A DNA stretch of 64,000 bases from the human T2T-CHM13v2.0 reference genome, Homo sapiens (GCF_009914755.1 NC_060927.1); one strand, 5' to 3'. Positions 45,655 through 64,000 are shown, counted from the stretch's first letter. Notes: a model not told the origin generated them from the sequence alone. A program made the numbers and translations.

Positions 45655-46590
45655 CAATCAGGGTCCCAGTCAGAAAGTAATGGTTAATTCAACGGGTTTA
45701 ATGAAAAAGGGGTAAAAGAGAATGTTAGCTAGAGAGTGGTGGGCAAGATTAAGGGAACCAACAGGAACCCAAATACTAGCACCAATGGGAAGCAGTTAAC
45801 ATCCCTAGTCCTAAAGGGACAAAGAGAAGGAATGTTTTTCCCAAGGCCACCCAATAGGATCTGCGGCTGTAGAGGGGCTCGGCCCCTGCTGAGGTTGTGG
45901 CCAGGCTCTAAGGAAATGGATATCGGAGAGGCCTTCGTTGTGGTTCCCTAGAAGCAGACTCTGAAGCAAGGATTTGCGTGTAAGTGAATGATTGAGGAAG
46001 TGCTCTCTGGAGACACACATGAGAGAAACAGGGAACCAAGACAGGGAAAGAGGGAAAGCCTTGCAAATTACAGATTCAAGCAATGTCCCAGCACCAGCCC
46101 AACCCCAGAGGTTGCTCTGGCGTGAAATCATATATCAGAGTCATCACCCTTCAGAGTTTTTCCCACCTCAAGGCAAGGGAGCTGGTTTTCAACCTCTTAC
46201 CTCAGTGGTTGGCTAATGTCCAGAGGTGACATAAGCTTCCAGACACCCCCCAGCTGTCTACCTGTACTGGGTGAAGTGGCTCTGTGGCCCAAAGTGGGCT
46301 TCTGAGGAAAGCTGCAGGTGTCAGCCAACAGAAACAAAGGACATAGAAACCAGGAAATGGATGCTCAAAAACAGGCATGTGGGTGTGGCACCAACAGTGT
46401 TTATCACAGTAGAGGAGGGAAATAGATACCCCAAACACGCTCACCATTGATCTCCCATTGGCCACGCCCAATTAGAAGCTGGAGGGCAAGGCAACCCAGG
46501 GGATGCTATCCTAGTTGTCAGCCTCTGGGGCTTAGAGTAGGCACTGGAGGGTGGAAAATGGATCTGGATGGAGAGCAAAGGGAGAATAAA
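45655..46590. mobile_element. Ancient LTR containing a nested ERVL LTR (~45938-46408)
   Basis: 'ggttccctagaagcagactctgaagcaaggatt' to 'caccaacagtgtttatcaca' inside 'ctcccattggccacgcccaattagaagctggagggcaagg'-type LTR. Confidence 0.55.
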
Positions 46591-47540
46591 TAGGAGAGGA
46601 CAGCATAGATCTAAAATTTTATACATATCTATTTGGTCCTTAAATTCAAAAAGTGATAGTCTGGAAAGCAAGAGATACTTGTATGTGTGTAATGTATCAC
46701 ACACATACAAGTCTAGTCTAATAAACGTAAACTAATGTTTATTAGACTAATAACCATAATATAATGGCATGGATTATACCCTCAATGTTACTTCTGTGAC
46801 TGTAGAGCAACCTCTCTGGGTTAATTCCTTATTTATAAAATTTCAAAACACAACAACAAAAAAATGCATGTCTTCTATCTTCAGCAGGGAAGAGTTATGA
46901 AAAATAACATACTAAGTGGTTGAGATGAAAAGAACTACTTCTCAATCTTGCTTGACCCTTGGAAACATCTCACTATCTTTTGTGTGTTCAAATTCCAGGT
47001 ACTGACAATACAGAAATAAAAACATATCCTGGTAGTGTCTTTAAGGAAATAGGATACTGAAAATAAATTGAACAAAATGTCTTTGACACTTGTGATCTTG
47101 AGAAATCCTGAATATTATCATTGTCTTCTGCTTTTTTGAAAATTTCACATTTATTTAATTTCTGCCCCTCTGATATTTGACATTAGCGCTCTGGAAAAAT
47201 ATCACCGTTGGTGAAAGCCAAGATTCCAAAGGCCCATGATGAGAGCAATAGTTTATACTGGGAGGAGATGGGCCAGGAAGATATTACCATCATATCTATG
47301 GCACTGCAGCCAAAGGCTGTGTTCTGAAAACTCTAGACGACATCATTTCCAATAGTGATATAACTTACTCAAGTCTTCTCTTGAGGCAAACAAACAAAAA
47401 ACAAAAAAACAAAAAACAAAGATATACCTCAAATCTGGATCCTTTATAAATAGATTTCCATTATATGTGCTCATATGACTTACTTAGGCCCAATGCTATG
47501 GACTTATCAGAATCCCGCCTGCCCCATGCTCTGTCTCTTT

Positions 47541-47557
47541 CTCTCTCTCTCTCTCAA

Positions 47558-47588
<31 letters not shown>
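47541..47588. repeat. (CT)n + (GT)14 microsatellite
   Basis: Direct read; GT run 47561-47588. Confidence 0.97.
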
Positions 47589-47591
<3 letters not shown>

Positions 47592-48080
47592 CCAGTAACA
47601 AAAACTTAACTCAGATTAGTGTGGGCATAAATGGGGATTTATTTGCTCCGTAACTCTACTGGAGAAGTGGCAGCAGAGCCAGTAGAGTTTGGGAGTGGAC
47701 CTGGCTCTTTTCCCTCTGACTATTCCCTCTGCTTTCATTTTTATGTTGGTTTCATTCTCTCTGACAGGCTTTCTCCACTTGCAGGGAAGTGTAGTCTGGC
47801 TCCCATCTCTCCGCTTTACCAGGGGCCTAGGGCTCACCTTCTCTGGTGCCATGTTTTAAAATCCCAGAGAGGGGCTCAATTGTCCTGGCTTGAGTAAAAA
47901 AAATCTATGGCCACAGCGATAGGCAACTCTGATTGGGGTCTCTAGGTGAGGTGCTCATTCTTTGGCCAATGAATGGGGTCGGGCATGGGAAAGCAAGAAG
48001 ACATCAGTTCCCTTTGAACCTTATAGTTAGAGTCAGAGGGAAGAGCAAAGAAGAGGCTGTTGTTCAGGTACACACTGCAA
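47589..48080 (-). mobile_element. Old MLT1 LTR
   Basis: 'agtaacaaaaacttaactcag', 'ctctgattgg...ggccaatgaatgggg'. Confidence 0.55.
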
Positions 48081-48189
48081 AGTGGATGTGACTACCTTTA
48101 CTTTAAAGATGAGATAACCAAGTCCCAGAGAGGCCAAGGGACTCATTTAAAACTACAGAGGTAATAAGTGGCAAAGCCATGATTGATGA

Positions 48190-48430
48190 GAGGCGATATA
48201 TTATAGAGATTAAAGGCTCACATTCTAGAACCAGATACACTTGAACCGAGATCCCAACTCTTGCCACTTATCAGTATAATTTGGGATAAATTATTTATCT
48301 GCCTCTGATTTCTCCCCCTAAATATAGGCATACTGATAGTATCTCTCTCCTAAGAGAGTTGTGAGGATTCAATGAGATAACGTACAGGCACAGTGTAATT
48401 GCTGCTTAAATATTTGCTGTAATTATTGGC
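48190..48430 (+). mobile_element. MIR
   Basis: 'cccaactcttgccactta', 'gttgtgaggattcaatgagataa'. Confidence 0.75.
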
Positions 48431-49699
48431 TAGGATTTAAACTTTTTCAAAGCTGTACCTGTGTGTTTGTGAGTGTCGGGCCCAATAGCTTTGTTCTGTT
48501 CTCAGGCCCAATAGCTTTGGAAATTTTACACATGGTCCAAAAGGAAATGAACTGTAGTTATGAACCCAGTCTCCATCATCACTGAGCAATGAGACCACTA
48601 CCAGTCACTGAAAGGGCTTGAGAAATTGACTGGAAATCCAAACCCAGTCTCAGAAATCAAGGTCTCCAGCCAAGTCTTCTTACCAGAGGGGATTCTGTCC
48701 ATTTACCTGAAGAGCTAATGTGGCCTCCCACCTTAGAGTGCTTACGTCATCCGTGCTTCCAGACTAGACTCAGGGAACTGTGGCCAGTCACTCACTCAGT
48801 CAACATGCTTATTGAGCACTTATTGTGTGTAGACCCTGAGCTCTGCAGATGTTTGATATTTATGCATCAAGAGTCTCTCCTAGGTGGAAAATCAGAAGGG
48901 CACTGATTTCTTGGATGGAAGACCAGTAGGAGAGGAAACCTCCTAAAAACACATATTATCTGACAAAATTCTCCTTGAAACCAAGGTCGAGGAAATTTGA
49001 AAAAATTTTCAAGGGTAAGAAATTATGAATGGAAATTAAGTATGTATTATCCATCGTTACTAACTCATGGTATATAAAAACATTAATGATACTCTCTTAA
49101 AAGCACAAAATGCACTTTTTTTGCATAGGACAAACTTTTCATGAGCAAATTACAAAGAGAACATTTCTGGCAAAATAGCTGATGTACTTACTCATGAATG
49201 ATGCCTTAGCTTGATAACCTGTGAAGAATGCCTATTATTCACGGTTTATTGATAGGTATTCATTAATTATAATATTTTGTGAATCCATGGATTCCTTTAT
49301 TCCCAGTTTTCACAGTGTTCACAACTAATAATTAATTCCTCCAACATCTTAGGGGCAAATTTAAAGATAACTGCAGTAAAACTTGTACTGATGTTCAGAT
49401 CACGGTTTTGTTGCTTGAAGTCTTGGACTAAGGAACAACTGGTTCCCAAGTTATACCCGGGGGGACCCCATAAAGGGAACCTCTTCATATGCTATCAAAG
49501 AAAGAAATTCGCAGTATGAGAGAGTCATAAATGATAGTGGTATTTACAGCTGGCATGACCTGTTAGGTAAACCAGAATCTATGTAGAGTTACTGGGAAAA
49601 GTTCCCTGGATCTCACTAAAGCTCCCAACATCAGCTTTCATAATAGGAGGGAGATGCTTTCTCCAGTCACCCAACTTCTACCCAAGGTGCAGGTAGAGA

Positions 49700-49845
49700 G
49701 ATGGCATGATACGGTGGGGAGAGCCTTGGCGTAAGAGTCCGGGGGCCATTATTGGTTCTGTCACTACTTGGCTGTGTGACCTTCAGTGAGTCACTTTACC
49801 GCGCAGAGCCTCTATTTCTTCATTCACAAAACTAGTTTGGATTAG
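49700..49845 (+). mobile_element. MIR
   Basis: 'ggctgtgtgaccttcagtgagtcacttt...gagcctctatttcttcat'. Confidence 0.7.
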
Positions 49846-50133
49846 TTGTACGTCACAAATGGGCAACCTACATGAAAACATTGGCCAGTAGTTTTGTTTT
49901 CATTGGCCCACATGGTGTTTCTAAAAATGCATATTCTTTCTGGTTTGCTATAGCCCCTACTTTTTCTAATTATCGTATATCCAGTCTTCTTCACTTGTTT
50001 ATGTCAGTTTTCTGGCCCCTATAAACCTTGAGTTTTGGAATCCCTGGGATATATAATCTCTGATGTTGCTCCCACCTCTGATACCCAGAGACTCCAGGTC
50101 TTGGGAGGTTACCAAGCTCTAACAGTCAGGTAG

Positions 50134-50499
<366 letters not shown>

Positions 50500-52127
50500 T
50501 AATGCTTTCCAGACTCCCCCATCTGGAAGCTGATGATGTAATCTCCTAGGCCTCTTCCTGTAAATCCCCTAAAGCCAGGGTCTCCATTACAGTCACAGAA
50601 TGAGCCTTTTCTCTCCCTTGTTCATAGTAAATGATATCACACAGCTTGTGTCCTTGACTTTTTTTCTAATTCTGTCTCCTTGATCTTAAAGGCCAGCTAA
50701 GGCTATCACCTACAGGGCAAAGAAGCTCTTATTAAGAGCAAGGCTTGATCAGTGATGTGGCAAAGACAGCTGAAAAAGAAAAGGTAAATGCAGTGAGAGT
50801 CCCCCCTCCCACACCAAATTTAAGTTAGAAAGGAGTCTTAAAGGAAGGCTAGTTACTTCTAGGATTATCTTCTGTAGATTTCCAAACTTCTTGACTCTTT
50901 ACAGCAGCTCTAGCCTTTCCTAGTTGAGTTGGTTTCATTTAGCTATCTGGTGGGGCTCCCTTTCTGTAGGGGAATTTGTTCATGTTGACCTAAGGGCACA
51001 CAGCTGCCGTCAGCCTCTGGGGCACAGGATCTCCGTACAAAGCAACCCTGTACTGTAGGAAGTTCTCCACACATGTCTGCACACAGGAGTTCTGTCATTA
51101 ACATGGTCCCGGTCACCCGGTGGAATGCACAGAGGGTGGGGAAAGTGGCTTCTTTCTCAAAAGCCTTCTTTTTATAAGGCTTGGATCCCTGACAACTGGA
51201 ATTTTCTTTTATAGCTGAAAAAACATATTTCCCTTAAACACCACCCAGGCAGTCGTATGTCCTTAAGGTCAAAGAGATGAGACAAGAATTGAAGAGGACC
51301 CAACTACAGATCAATTTGCCTAAATGTAGAGTTTGTCTGCCTATGAAATGAAGAAGTTGCTTCCATAAGCCACATAATTATTGTGGTTTAGTAATTAACT
51401 CTCCTTTCTTAAATAGTTAATTTCCCCCAATAATAAAAATCAGTCATACCCACTATAGAAAATAAAGGGAGTAAATAACAATCACCCATACTTTTACCAC
51501 CCCCAAATTTTATTTAAGCACAACCTGGAGTCTGGAGAGTTTTTTCTATGCATAAGTATATTTTTAAAAATGTACTTGAGATCATACTAGTCTCATCTCT
51601 TAAAGTCACACTTTCCTTTTCAGGACATTATGAAATCTCTCCGAGAGAAGTTAAAAGCTAAATTTTTTCACTTAATTTATTTGTAATAAAATTTTCAATG
51701 ATTTAGGAGAGATGGGAACATCTGTCCAGGACTATAGAGTTTTAGCCATTGACAGAAGATAGGTATTCCATACTTCCTTTAAGATGCCATGAGTTGTAGC
51801 TTTATTGGGCTTACATCACACAAACAAAACCTGAAATTCTTGCCCATGTACATTTTACGTATGACTTCTAGCCATCTGTTCAGATTCACCATTAATAAAA
51901 ATATTTAGGAAAATAATTCTATTTCTTATTCCTATTGTTATTGTCTCCTAGCAAACCTCTGAGATTTGACTTAGAACCACTAGTTTTTAAGCAGCCTTGG
52001 GAGAAGTCCCCATGTATCCAAGGATTTTGCCTTGAGACTAGAAATAAAAGTGATTCTTATGGAGAGTGGGGTACACACAAGGGAATGAAAACCTAATATG
52101 TGTTTTTGGTGTTAAAAATAAATGAAA

Positions 52128-52483
<356 letters not shown>

Positions 52484-53363
52484 CTAGCACCATCTAGAAA
52501 ATATGAGCTCTAGCAAGAGAGCTAGAACCCCCTTTTCCGTGTTATACTAATCTTCAAGGTGAAGAGCCTCTAAGATGAACACTAGTCGAGGAATTCTACA
52601 ATGATGGAGGGACAGCTATACTAGGAGTACTGATTTTTGCTCTGTTCCAGCCAGGCCAATCTTCAGATTTAGGGCATAGAGATCCCTGATACTGTCACAC
52701 AAGGCAGTTCTCAAGGTTGCAAATGTGTTCAGGGCTCTTCGTCCCCAATCGGAACATGCATCAGAACCACACAGATGACTGTCCTTCTGTGGAGTAGTTA
52801 CAGAGATGAACGTCATTGACCCCCTCAGTGATTTAGAGCAAACAAGGAGGCAGAGAAAATGAAATGCAAAGCTGCTTTATCAGGAAAGGAGTACTATATG
52901 CAATTATGTGAACTTTCCCTAGCGGCCCAGATAAATGACAGTTTTCAAAATTCTTAGCACCTAATTTACTCAGGCCTTGAAAAACAAGAACTTTGTCTGA
53001 AGCTGGGCATTTACTAGGTGGACATCATGCCCCAGGGAGCATGAATGTTTAAGAGGTTTGCTGAAATATGGATAACAGTTATTTTGATTAACTTGGTCCA
53101 ATTGGCACTGAGGTCAAAATTTTGTTAACCAGAGTTCAACTATTTATACTTCTCTATTAACTTAAACCCTAGTCTCATGCTGATTTTAGGTGAAGGAGCA
53201 CATGATTAGAAAATGTAAGCAACTTGAGTACAGAAATTGAGTACTTTCTTTCCTTCTCTTATCTTCTTTGTAAGCAACAATAAACACTTGCTAATTTAAA
53301 ATGACAGCTTGGATTAGTCACCTGTTTCCCATTTCAAAAAGGACTTCAGAACCTTTTAACCTA

Positions 53364-53760
53364 CATGGTGGCCATGAAAATGCAGATCTTGGAGTGTGGG
53401 AGCTTAACAGACCTCCAGCCTCAGCTGCTGTGCTCTAAAATCCATCTGTTTATAAGAAGCAGGTGCCCCACAGCCTGCTCTGAACCAACAACTGAGTTAG
53501 GCAGAAATGCTAAGGTGGACCTGTTTCTGGGAGACTTGAGGACTCCCCACTGGCCTCGCTGAAATTTTCTTAGAACTGCAAAGTGATGTAAGGTGTTTAA
53601 ACCCAACTTGCCATCCTTTCTTCTTTCCTCCATAGCGCTCGGACGTGCATCTTGGCTTGATGACTTTCTGGCCTCTTCCAACTTCCTTCCCTTTCCCTCA
53701 CAGGTACTTTTCTCAATAAATCTCTACACGTCCACCAGTATTAGAAGACTGAATGAACAC
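53364..53760 (+). mobile_element. LTR16-like ERVL LTR
   Basis: 'tggtggccatgaaaatgcagatc' ... 'ctttccctcacagg...tcaataaatctc'. Confidence 0.65.
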
Positions 53761-54397
53761 ATGCTATTTGACAGCCATCTAAAGTAGATAAGACAGATCC
53801 TCATTATATGAAGTTGGAAATGAATTTTGAAGGGAAATCAATTGTCCATATCACAGAGTTTTTCTTTTCAGCTTATCAGCAGGCTTAAGAAGTCACCTTC
53901 ACACTTAAAAATAATCTATTTGACCCTACAGTCTCAGTCCTTACCTCACTGGACTCCTCCTGTGCATTTGGTGGGTTGACTACACACTGCTTTGCCCTTG
54001 GCTTCTAGAAACCACTTCATTGGAAACTGTTTCCTAGTCCAGCCCTTGCATGTTGATATCGCCCGGGGGATCATTGTCTTTTCTTTTTTCCATTCATCTA
54101 TGCTCATGACTTCAACTGTTGCTTGTGTGCTGCCCACCCCCTTATCCACATCTTCTGTTGGGTTGAAGGAATGAATGGTGAAAACAGGACTGAAATCCAA
54201 GTTTGGCTAGGAGATCCATCCCCTTTCCATGTGGTCATTTGATTGGTTACAATGACCCTTATTTGCTACAGGATGTCCAGATAACATAGAAGGAAAAGTT
54301 CCATTCACTGCACTATACATCATAAGGCAGGAAGAGAGGCTGATGTTTAATTAGATTCACCAGATGATGAGATAAACGATTTTCTAGGAAATTGTCA

Positions 54398-55990
<1,593 letters not shown>

Positions 55991-56684
55991 GTTTGTGTTA
56001 GTCAAGGTTCTTAGTGTAAGTAAAAGTAAATGACTCCAGCTGATTTAGGTAGAAAAGAAATTTACTTTAAAAGTCTTGGCTGTTTACAGAATTGTGAGAA
56101 GAGCTGTTACACCTGGCTAGCAGGCCACACAGACAGGAACAACACCACCTCTAATCTCATGGTGTAATGGGTGTGGTGAGGATCCTACTGGTGCCATTCA
56201 ATGGAGTATCTGCTATCAATCAAGAGTAGTGGTTCTCGACCTTGTGGCTGCCCATTGGAGTTAGCAGAAGGATTATAAAAATACTAATGCTCAGTCTCCA
56301 TCTCTAGAGATTAAACCATCTTTATAATACATCCCTTTAAGGTTGGTTTAGACCTCCTTAAAAGGGAGTTTGGATTTAGAATGGGTTGACTTTGGTATAA
56401 ATAAGTGGTATGGCCTGAGATGCCCCAATTCTGAGGAATGTCTTCTACCATAAAAAGTTGATGTCCCTTGGTGCTGCAGGGACCACGCTGATTCCTGTTA
56501 CTCCTACCTATGCTCCCTAATTCACCCAGCTGCTGGTCATCCACAGCCCCTAACTCAGTCATTCAGAGTTTCACCAAACCAGAAGTCTCTTTCCTCAGAG
56601 CAGGTGGGGCTGACTTTCCATTGCTCTAATGCTAAAGGAGGTTTGGGGTAATACCCTATCTCCATGACTGGGCTATAGATTCTA

Positions 56685-57014
<330 letters not shown>

Positions 57015-59277
57015 GAATGAGGATCTCTGAAAATAGTCCTTTGTCATCTTTTTAAGCCCAAATAGAGGAAGGTTTCCAGTGAGTTGGGCCATGAAGATGG
57101 AGCAGAGGGTATTGCACTATCTACCTGACATAACTGGCCTTTCTAGGAGATGTTGTTTGCTCCTAAAGAGATAGAGAAGGGGAATGATCCTTTTTGGCCC
57201 GTTCCCTGACAAAAAGCATACATAACACAATCCTTACGGGAAGGAAGGGCCAAGGGAAGGCAGGGCCGCCTGTCAGCTCCTTAGATGGTCTTCCCATTCC
57301 TCAGAATGAGGGCCACTACTACTCCTACCCCATAGTTTGAGTTGCCAAATTTGACTAAGGCAGAAAGCCCATGTGCCTGACTCCTGAGGATCACCTGCTA
57401 CCCAACTGGCTCTTTGGGGTCAACTCTGGCTGAAATGGGATGAAATCTGGGCCTTGCCTGCCTCAGGGGTGGGGCCTGTGCTAAGTCCCAGGAGTTCATG
57501 CTCACCTGCCCTGTATTGCTAAGCACAAAGCATCATGCTGTATACCTGCACCCCCAGATGTACTAATCCTTCTTCTTTCTGGATGTACGAATCCAAACTT
57601 ATTTATTGGGATGCTGATTTATTTAGAAAATTAAAAATATATTTTGCTCATCTTTTCTGATTACCAAAACAAAATCTGTCCATTGTAGAAAATTTGGAAA
57701 ATAAAGATATGTACCTAGAAGAAAAATGAAAAAAAAAAAAAAAACACTTACTTATGAGAGATAAGGATTGTTAATACTTCATGTTGGTCTTTTTGGTCCC
57801 TTTTTACAAATATTTATGTGCAAGTATATGCAGTGTATTATAATGTTAATTATTTCATAACCTGTATCTTAATATATAGTGATCATCTTTCCATATTATT
57901 AAATATTTATTCCTCCCAAACAGTACTTTTTGGCACTTACAGGTGGCTGCCTCACAGTGACACCAACCTCAACATGAACTTCCCATTTATAACCTAATCT
58001 TGAGATGTAGGGAAGATGATGGAGTTTTTTGCAAAGGAAGGGTGTCCAGACACTTCAAGACATTCAGAGAAAAGGCTTTCACAATAGACACAAAATGAAA
58101 TACAGACCTAGGAAATCCATGTGCTTTTTATGAGAATCTTCATGCAGCAGAAAAGGAAGCAAAAATGACAGAGGATCACCCAGAGACTTATCACTTAGAG
58201 CCAGCACACATCATAGACAAGTCCCAGGGCTGAGGTGACAGCAGAAAGGGCTGCACACTGCCAGAAAATCGTCCTGCTTAGTGAGGCAGAAGCAGACGAG
58301 GCCACTTCAGGTCAAGCTGTAGCTGGCACAACTCCGTGGTGAGGGTGCCATTTTCCTATTTCTTCCTCCGCCCAAATGAGGGTCAGGGGGAAAGGGCTGA
58401 CTGCCCTCTTGAAAAGTGAGTGCTCAGAAAGATTACAAAGTCTTTCATGAGAAATGACAATTGTGAAGTGACAGAGAAGATGCAAGGTAAGCCCCACAGA
58501 GCTAGAAATCCATAGCCTGTGATTGGGGAGATTGTATCTTTAACTTTTGGATTTCTAAGGACATTTAAAACCTGCCAGAATCATGACTGCTCTGGAGGCA
58601 CATCTGTGTCTCCATAGCAACAGGCTTCCTGCTGCAAGGTAAACCTGGGATTGCCGCTCTGGTTTCTGTTTGGTGCTGAACACACATGCTTGATGATTGA
58701 GGACCTGAAAAATGCTCGTCTGTCATCCTTTTTAGCCCATATGGAGGAAGATCTTCAATGAATGGGGATATCAAAACGGAGCAGAAGTATTTCACTACCT
58801 ATATAGGTGATTTTCTCTGAGCAGTCTCTTTCCCAACTTTGGAATCAAGCCAGGCCAATGACTGTAACTGGGGACTTCCAAAGTTCCAGAAAGCATTTCC
58901 TTGAGAGTTGTTTCTGCCTTATTCTTAGCAAGAGAAACTGCTAGGGTTTGGCTATCCATTACGCTGTTCAAGGTGAAGGTTAGCAACAAAATATGTAATT
59001 TTCTTATCCTTTTTTGCTACTGAAGCCACAGATACTGTGGGAGCAACTATGGGCTTCTACTGACACCGTTATTCCTGATAATATTGTAATCTGTGCTTTC
59101 TAACTGGCCTGGTTTTGAAAGGAGATAAAATGGGCAATACCTTGTTAGAAAAATAACAATAATATCATTAATTTTGATAAGAACTTATAGAAAAATAAGG
59201 GGTGGAAAATCAGTTTTTTAACATGAATCCAACATAACTGAGTCCATACTGTGGATTCAGGTTTTTTTAGGTTATCC

Positions 59278-60330
<1,053 letters not shown>

Positions 60331-60511
60331 CAGTGGCTCTCAAGCATTAGCACATCAGAATCACTTGGAGGGCTTGTTAAAATGCAGATTGTGGGCCCCG
60401 CTCTCAGAATCTCTGATTCAGGTCTGGGGTGGAACTAAGAAATCAAATTCCAGCATGTTTCCAGGAGATGACAAGGTTGCTGGTCTGGGGACCACACTTT
60501 CAGGACTGCTG
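60331..60511. mobile_element. MER5A hAT element
   Basis: 'cagtggctctcaag...catcagaatcacttggagggcttgttaaaatgcagatt...gggaccacacttt'; TSD-like CTCTAGGT/TTCCAGGT. Confidence 0.9.
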
Positions 60512-60760
60512 TTCCAGGTGCTCTGTGGCTCACCCTTGTGACTGAACAAAAGCAACCGCAAAGGGACAAGGAAGGCAGAAGAGGCAATATGCAACCAACA
60601 CACGTGGATTGGAGGAGAATTTTCTTGTCCTTTAAATCTATAGGATACACAATGCCTGGGGCAAAAGGGCTCAGGTAAAAATGCTTACTGCATGCAAAGA
60701 CATTTGTATTAACAGATAAGTCACAGCACAGAATGTCTCTCATTTAGGCTCCCTCCTCCA

Positions 60761-61066
<306 letters not shown>

Positions 61067-61119
61067 GCCCTCCCCCACTTTTTTCTTTCTTAAAAATATA
61101 TAAGTCCTTGTCTTATGGG

Positions 61120-61330
61120 AAGGTTATAATGTAATGTTGAAATCAACAGCCCTGGGTTCAAATCCTGACTGTGCCCCTTGGGCCAATGACTTAACTTTTT
61201 GAAGTCTCAGTGATTCTATATTAAAATTGAGATAACAATGCCTAGTGAACAGTGTTGTGAGGAATAAATGTGGAAAGCACTTGGGACCCTGCCTGGCACA
61301 TTGTGGGGCTCAGTGAATTTTGGTTTCCTC
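61120..61330 (+). mobile_element. MIR
   Basis: 'cctgggttcaaatcctgact', 'gtgcc/ctgcctggcacattg'. Confidence 0.75.
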
Positions 61331-63144
61331 CCTACTCCAACCCTTCCAGTGGGAATGAAGAGGATGCATCCCCAGCGGAAAGCTGTGGAAACACGAGTTG
61401 GTCAAACAGCCCCTCAGGGACACCCAAGGCCCCACAGTCACCCTGTCATGTCTTTGGATTAAGCATCACCCTTTTATACCTCTCTTTACAAATGCCATCA
61501 TGTTGAATCTCCAAAGAACATGGGAAAATTAGTTTGTCCGGTATTTTCTGCCTGCTGGGAAGGGATGGGACAGGGACTCAGAGGGCGGAGGCATGAAAAC
61601 AAAGCAAAGTTTTGACTCCGGTGGAATTTTATTGTGATCAGGTGGGCCTGACCAGAGCAGCCATCCTTGCGGGTCTTGAGGCTTTGATCTTGGAGATAAG
61701 GCTTTTGTGAACCTCAGAGGATTTTCAGAGTAGCTCTTGTGCCCCAGTAAAGAAATGAGCCGGTAAGCATTTTTTCTTTAACCAGATAAATCTGGTATCA
61801 TAATATCCCCAGACACGAAAGCAGAATGCAGACTTGGCATTGAATCACAGAGGGAGGAACGTCTCAGACTGAGCCTGTGCCATGGGAACCTGATGGCAAA
61901 CAGGGCCTGGAGCCCCCCGCCCCCAACATTCTGGAGAAAGGGTTTGGGAAAAGGACAGCCCCTTCAGTTCAACCAGATGCAGCAAGGAAGTGGGGGTAGA
62001 TTGGAGGAGAGTGGGAACACACACAGGTGATTCTCCTGCTCTGGGTTGATCGAACCAAATATACAGGTTATAGGTTAGTGGGAAGGTGAAGACCCTACTC
62101 ACCCATTTAATGGGGAGGTGGAGTGGGAGGGAAAGGTCTTTCCTTCCATGGTCCCCACCCAAACTGGCCAACGTATGGTTCTGTGATAGGTGCTAACAAG
62201 CCAACATTACTGAAGTATCTGCTTCATGTAGAGTCCATTGATTACTAATGAAGAGAAGCATCAATAGTTCAGGTCCACCAGGTTGCTGGCTGTTAACCCA
62301 TATTCTTCGTTTTTTCAAAGTTTATTTACCACCCCAATCTTCCCACCCCAAGTTAAATCCAGTACAGATACAAAGGAATACTGTGCAACTAATATAAATG
62401 CCCTTGCAGAGGACTATTTAATGACAAGGAAAAAAAATGTAGGTTACAAAAGCAGTATAGCCCCATTTTTATTTTAATGAATGAAAAAAGGCAAACTTGT
62501 CTCAGGGGTCAACTCTGGTGGTGGAATTACAGATAATTTTATTTTCCTTTTCTTATCTGAGTTTTTGAAATTATTTACAAATAAACATGTATTACCTGTA
62601 AGTAAAAAAGACAAAATTATTTAATTTAAATAAATATGTTCACTACAGGTCATGATACCCTTTTTTACTAAATATGAGTATGAGTAAATGTGAGTACACA
62701 CTACATATAATTTTGCAATCTGCATGTAAGCATTGTCCATGTTATTAATAAGATCATAATTATTATTTTTAATGGCTGCATGGTATTTTATCATATAAAA
62801 AACCATGATTTTTTTCTCAATTTCCAATTGTTGGCTATTTATATTGTCTCCAATTATTATTATTATAAATAAGGCTGAAATCAATATTGTTTTAGCTTAT
62901 TTAATTTTTCCATAGATTTCTTTGAAAATGTTAGCCACCTACTTATTTTACCTTACCTTCAACTGCCTTGGCAGGATTGAATTTCCATATACTCACACAC
63001 CTGCATAAACATCTTTTTCTTTCTAACTGTATACCAATGAGCTTTTAGTGCATTTTTTTTTTTAACAGGGTCCCTCTCTCACGCTGATATTTCTTGTAGG
63101 ATTGTTAGTCATTCAAATTGCCAAGACAGTTGTCAATCACAAAT

Positions 63145-63275
63145 TCGGGCTGTAGAGATCATCTAGTGCTATGTCCATTTACAGGGAGAAAGCCAAGGCC
63201 TGGAGAGGTGAAGCGACTCGCCCAAGGGGCTATCCAGCTACTTAGTGACCAAGCTGGAATGACAATTTGGAGAAT
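63145..63275 (-). mobile_element. MIR
   Basis: 'catttacagggagaaagccaaggcctggagaggtgaagcgactcgcccaagg'. Confidence 0.75.
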
Positions 63276-63546
63276 ATTTTCCAAAGGCTGGGAATTTTGA
63301 GGGAGGGTCACTAAATGGGAAACGATGATAATATTTGGAGGGAACATTAAACAATGATAGAGCAGAAGGTAGGGAGAATGAAAAATAACTTAGCAGTAAG
63401 AAGGGGAGGGAGTAGAAAGATTGATAGGAGAGAGGAGGAGAGGCTGGATGAGGGAGGAGAGGATGAGAACTGAAACTAAGGACAACAATGTAAAGGGAAA
63501 AAGAAAAAGTGATTGAGGAAAATTCACACATTGAAATCCTTTATGG

Positions 63547-63771
63547 CAGGGTTTCTCAACCTTGGCACTATTGGCATTTTAGGCCAGACAATTCTTCCTT
63601 GTGGGGCTGTTCTGTGTAATACAAAATGTTGAGTAGCATCCCTGGCTTCTACCCACTAAATGCCAGTAGCATCCTCTTTCTTCCGCACCGCCCGCTGTGA
63701 TGACCAAAAATGTCTCCAAACATTGCCAAATGTCCCCTCAGGGGCGAAGTCACCCAAATTGAGAACCACAG
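63547..63771. mobile_element. MER20 hAT element
   Basis: 'cagggtttctcaaccttggcactatt...aaaatgtctccaaacattgccaaatgtcccc...ttgagaaccacag'; TSD-like CTTTATGG/CTCTATGA. Confidence 0.92.
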
Positions 63772-64000
63772 CTCTATGATATTGTTCTCCAATGATACTA
63801 CTGGAGAATGATTTCTCCCATTCCTTAATACTGGAATGGAATCTAGACTATCTCCTGAAAGGCAGAATTGGAAGCAGAACATTTGAATGCAGTTTATAGA
63901 TTGTAGGTCTCAAAACAGTGAGATTGTGCTGAAAGGCAGGGAGGGAAAATGATTAAATAAAGCCCATTTTTCAGATAAAGAGAATGAGACAGGAAATACA

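Overview
Primate, very probably human, non-coding DNA: it carries a near-consensus AluYa5. It is AT-rich and dominated by interspersed repeats: 26 Alu/FLAM copies, a 5'-inverted L1PA, old L1M/L2/MIR, MaLR and ERVL LTRs, a decayed ~9 kb ERVL provirus mosaic and hAT/Tigger DNA transposons. No intact protein-coding gene can be supported; most long ORF-track entries are Alu, L1 or ERV remnants and the rest look like chance ORFs. There is a full-length U6 retrocopy with TSDs. The most unusual structure is a compound insertion inside ERVL pol (36053-36567). It joins a ~97%-identical copy of a MER1B lying 2.1 kb downstream to a 230-bp mitochondrial COX1 fragment (NUMT), apparently captured in one break-repair event. 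Other template-switch-like scars include a distant copy preserving an Alu pre-insertion site, a 30-bp inverted repeat around iterated 16-mers and a palindromic 23-mer tandem. There is also a (CTG)11 fused to tandem AP-1/MARE motifs. I found no convincing new 'system' beyond these. Repeat subfamily names and mtDNA comparisons are from remembered consensus sequences and need RepeatMasker/BLAST confirmation; boundaries of old repeats are approximate.
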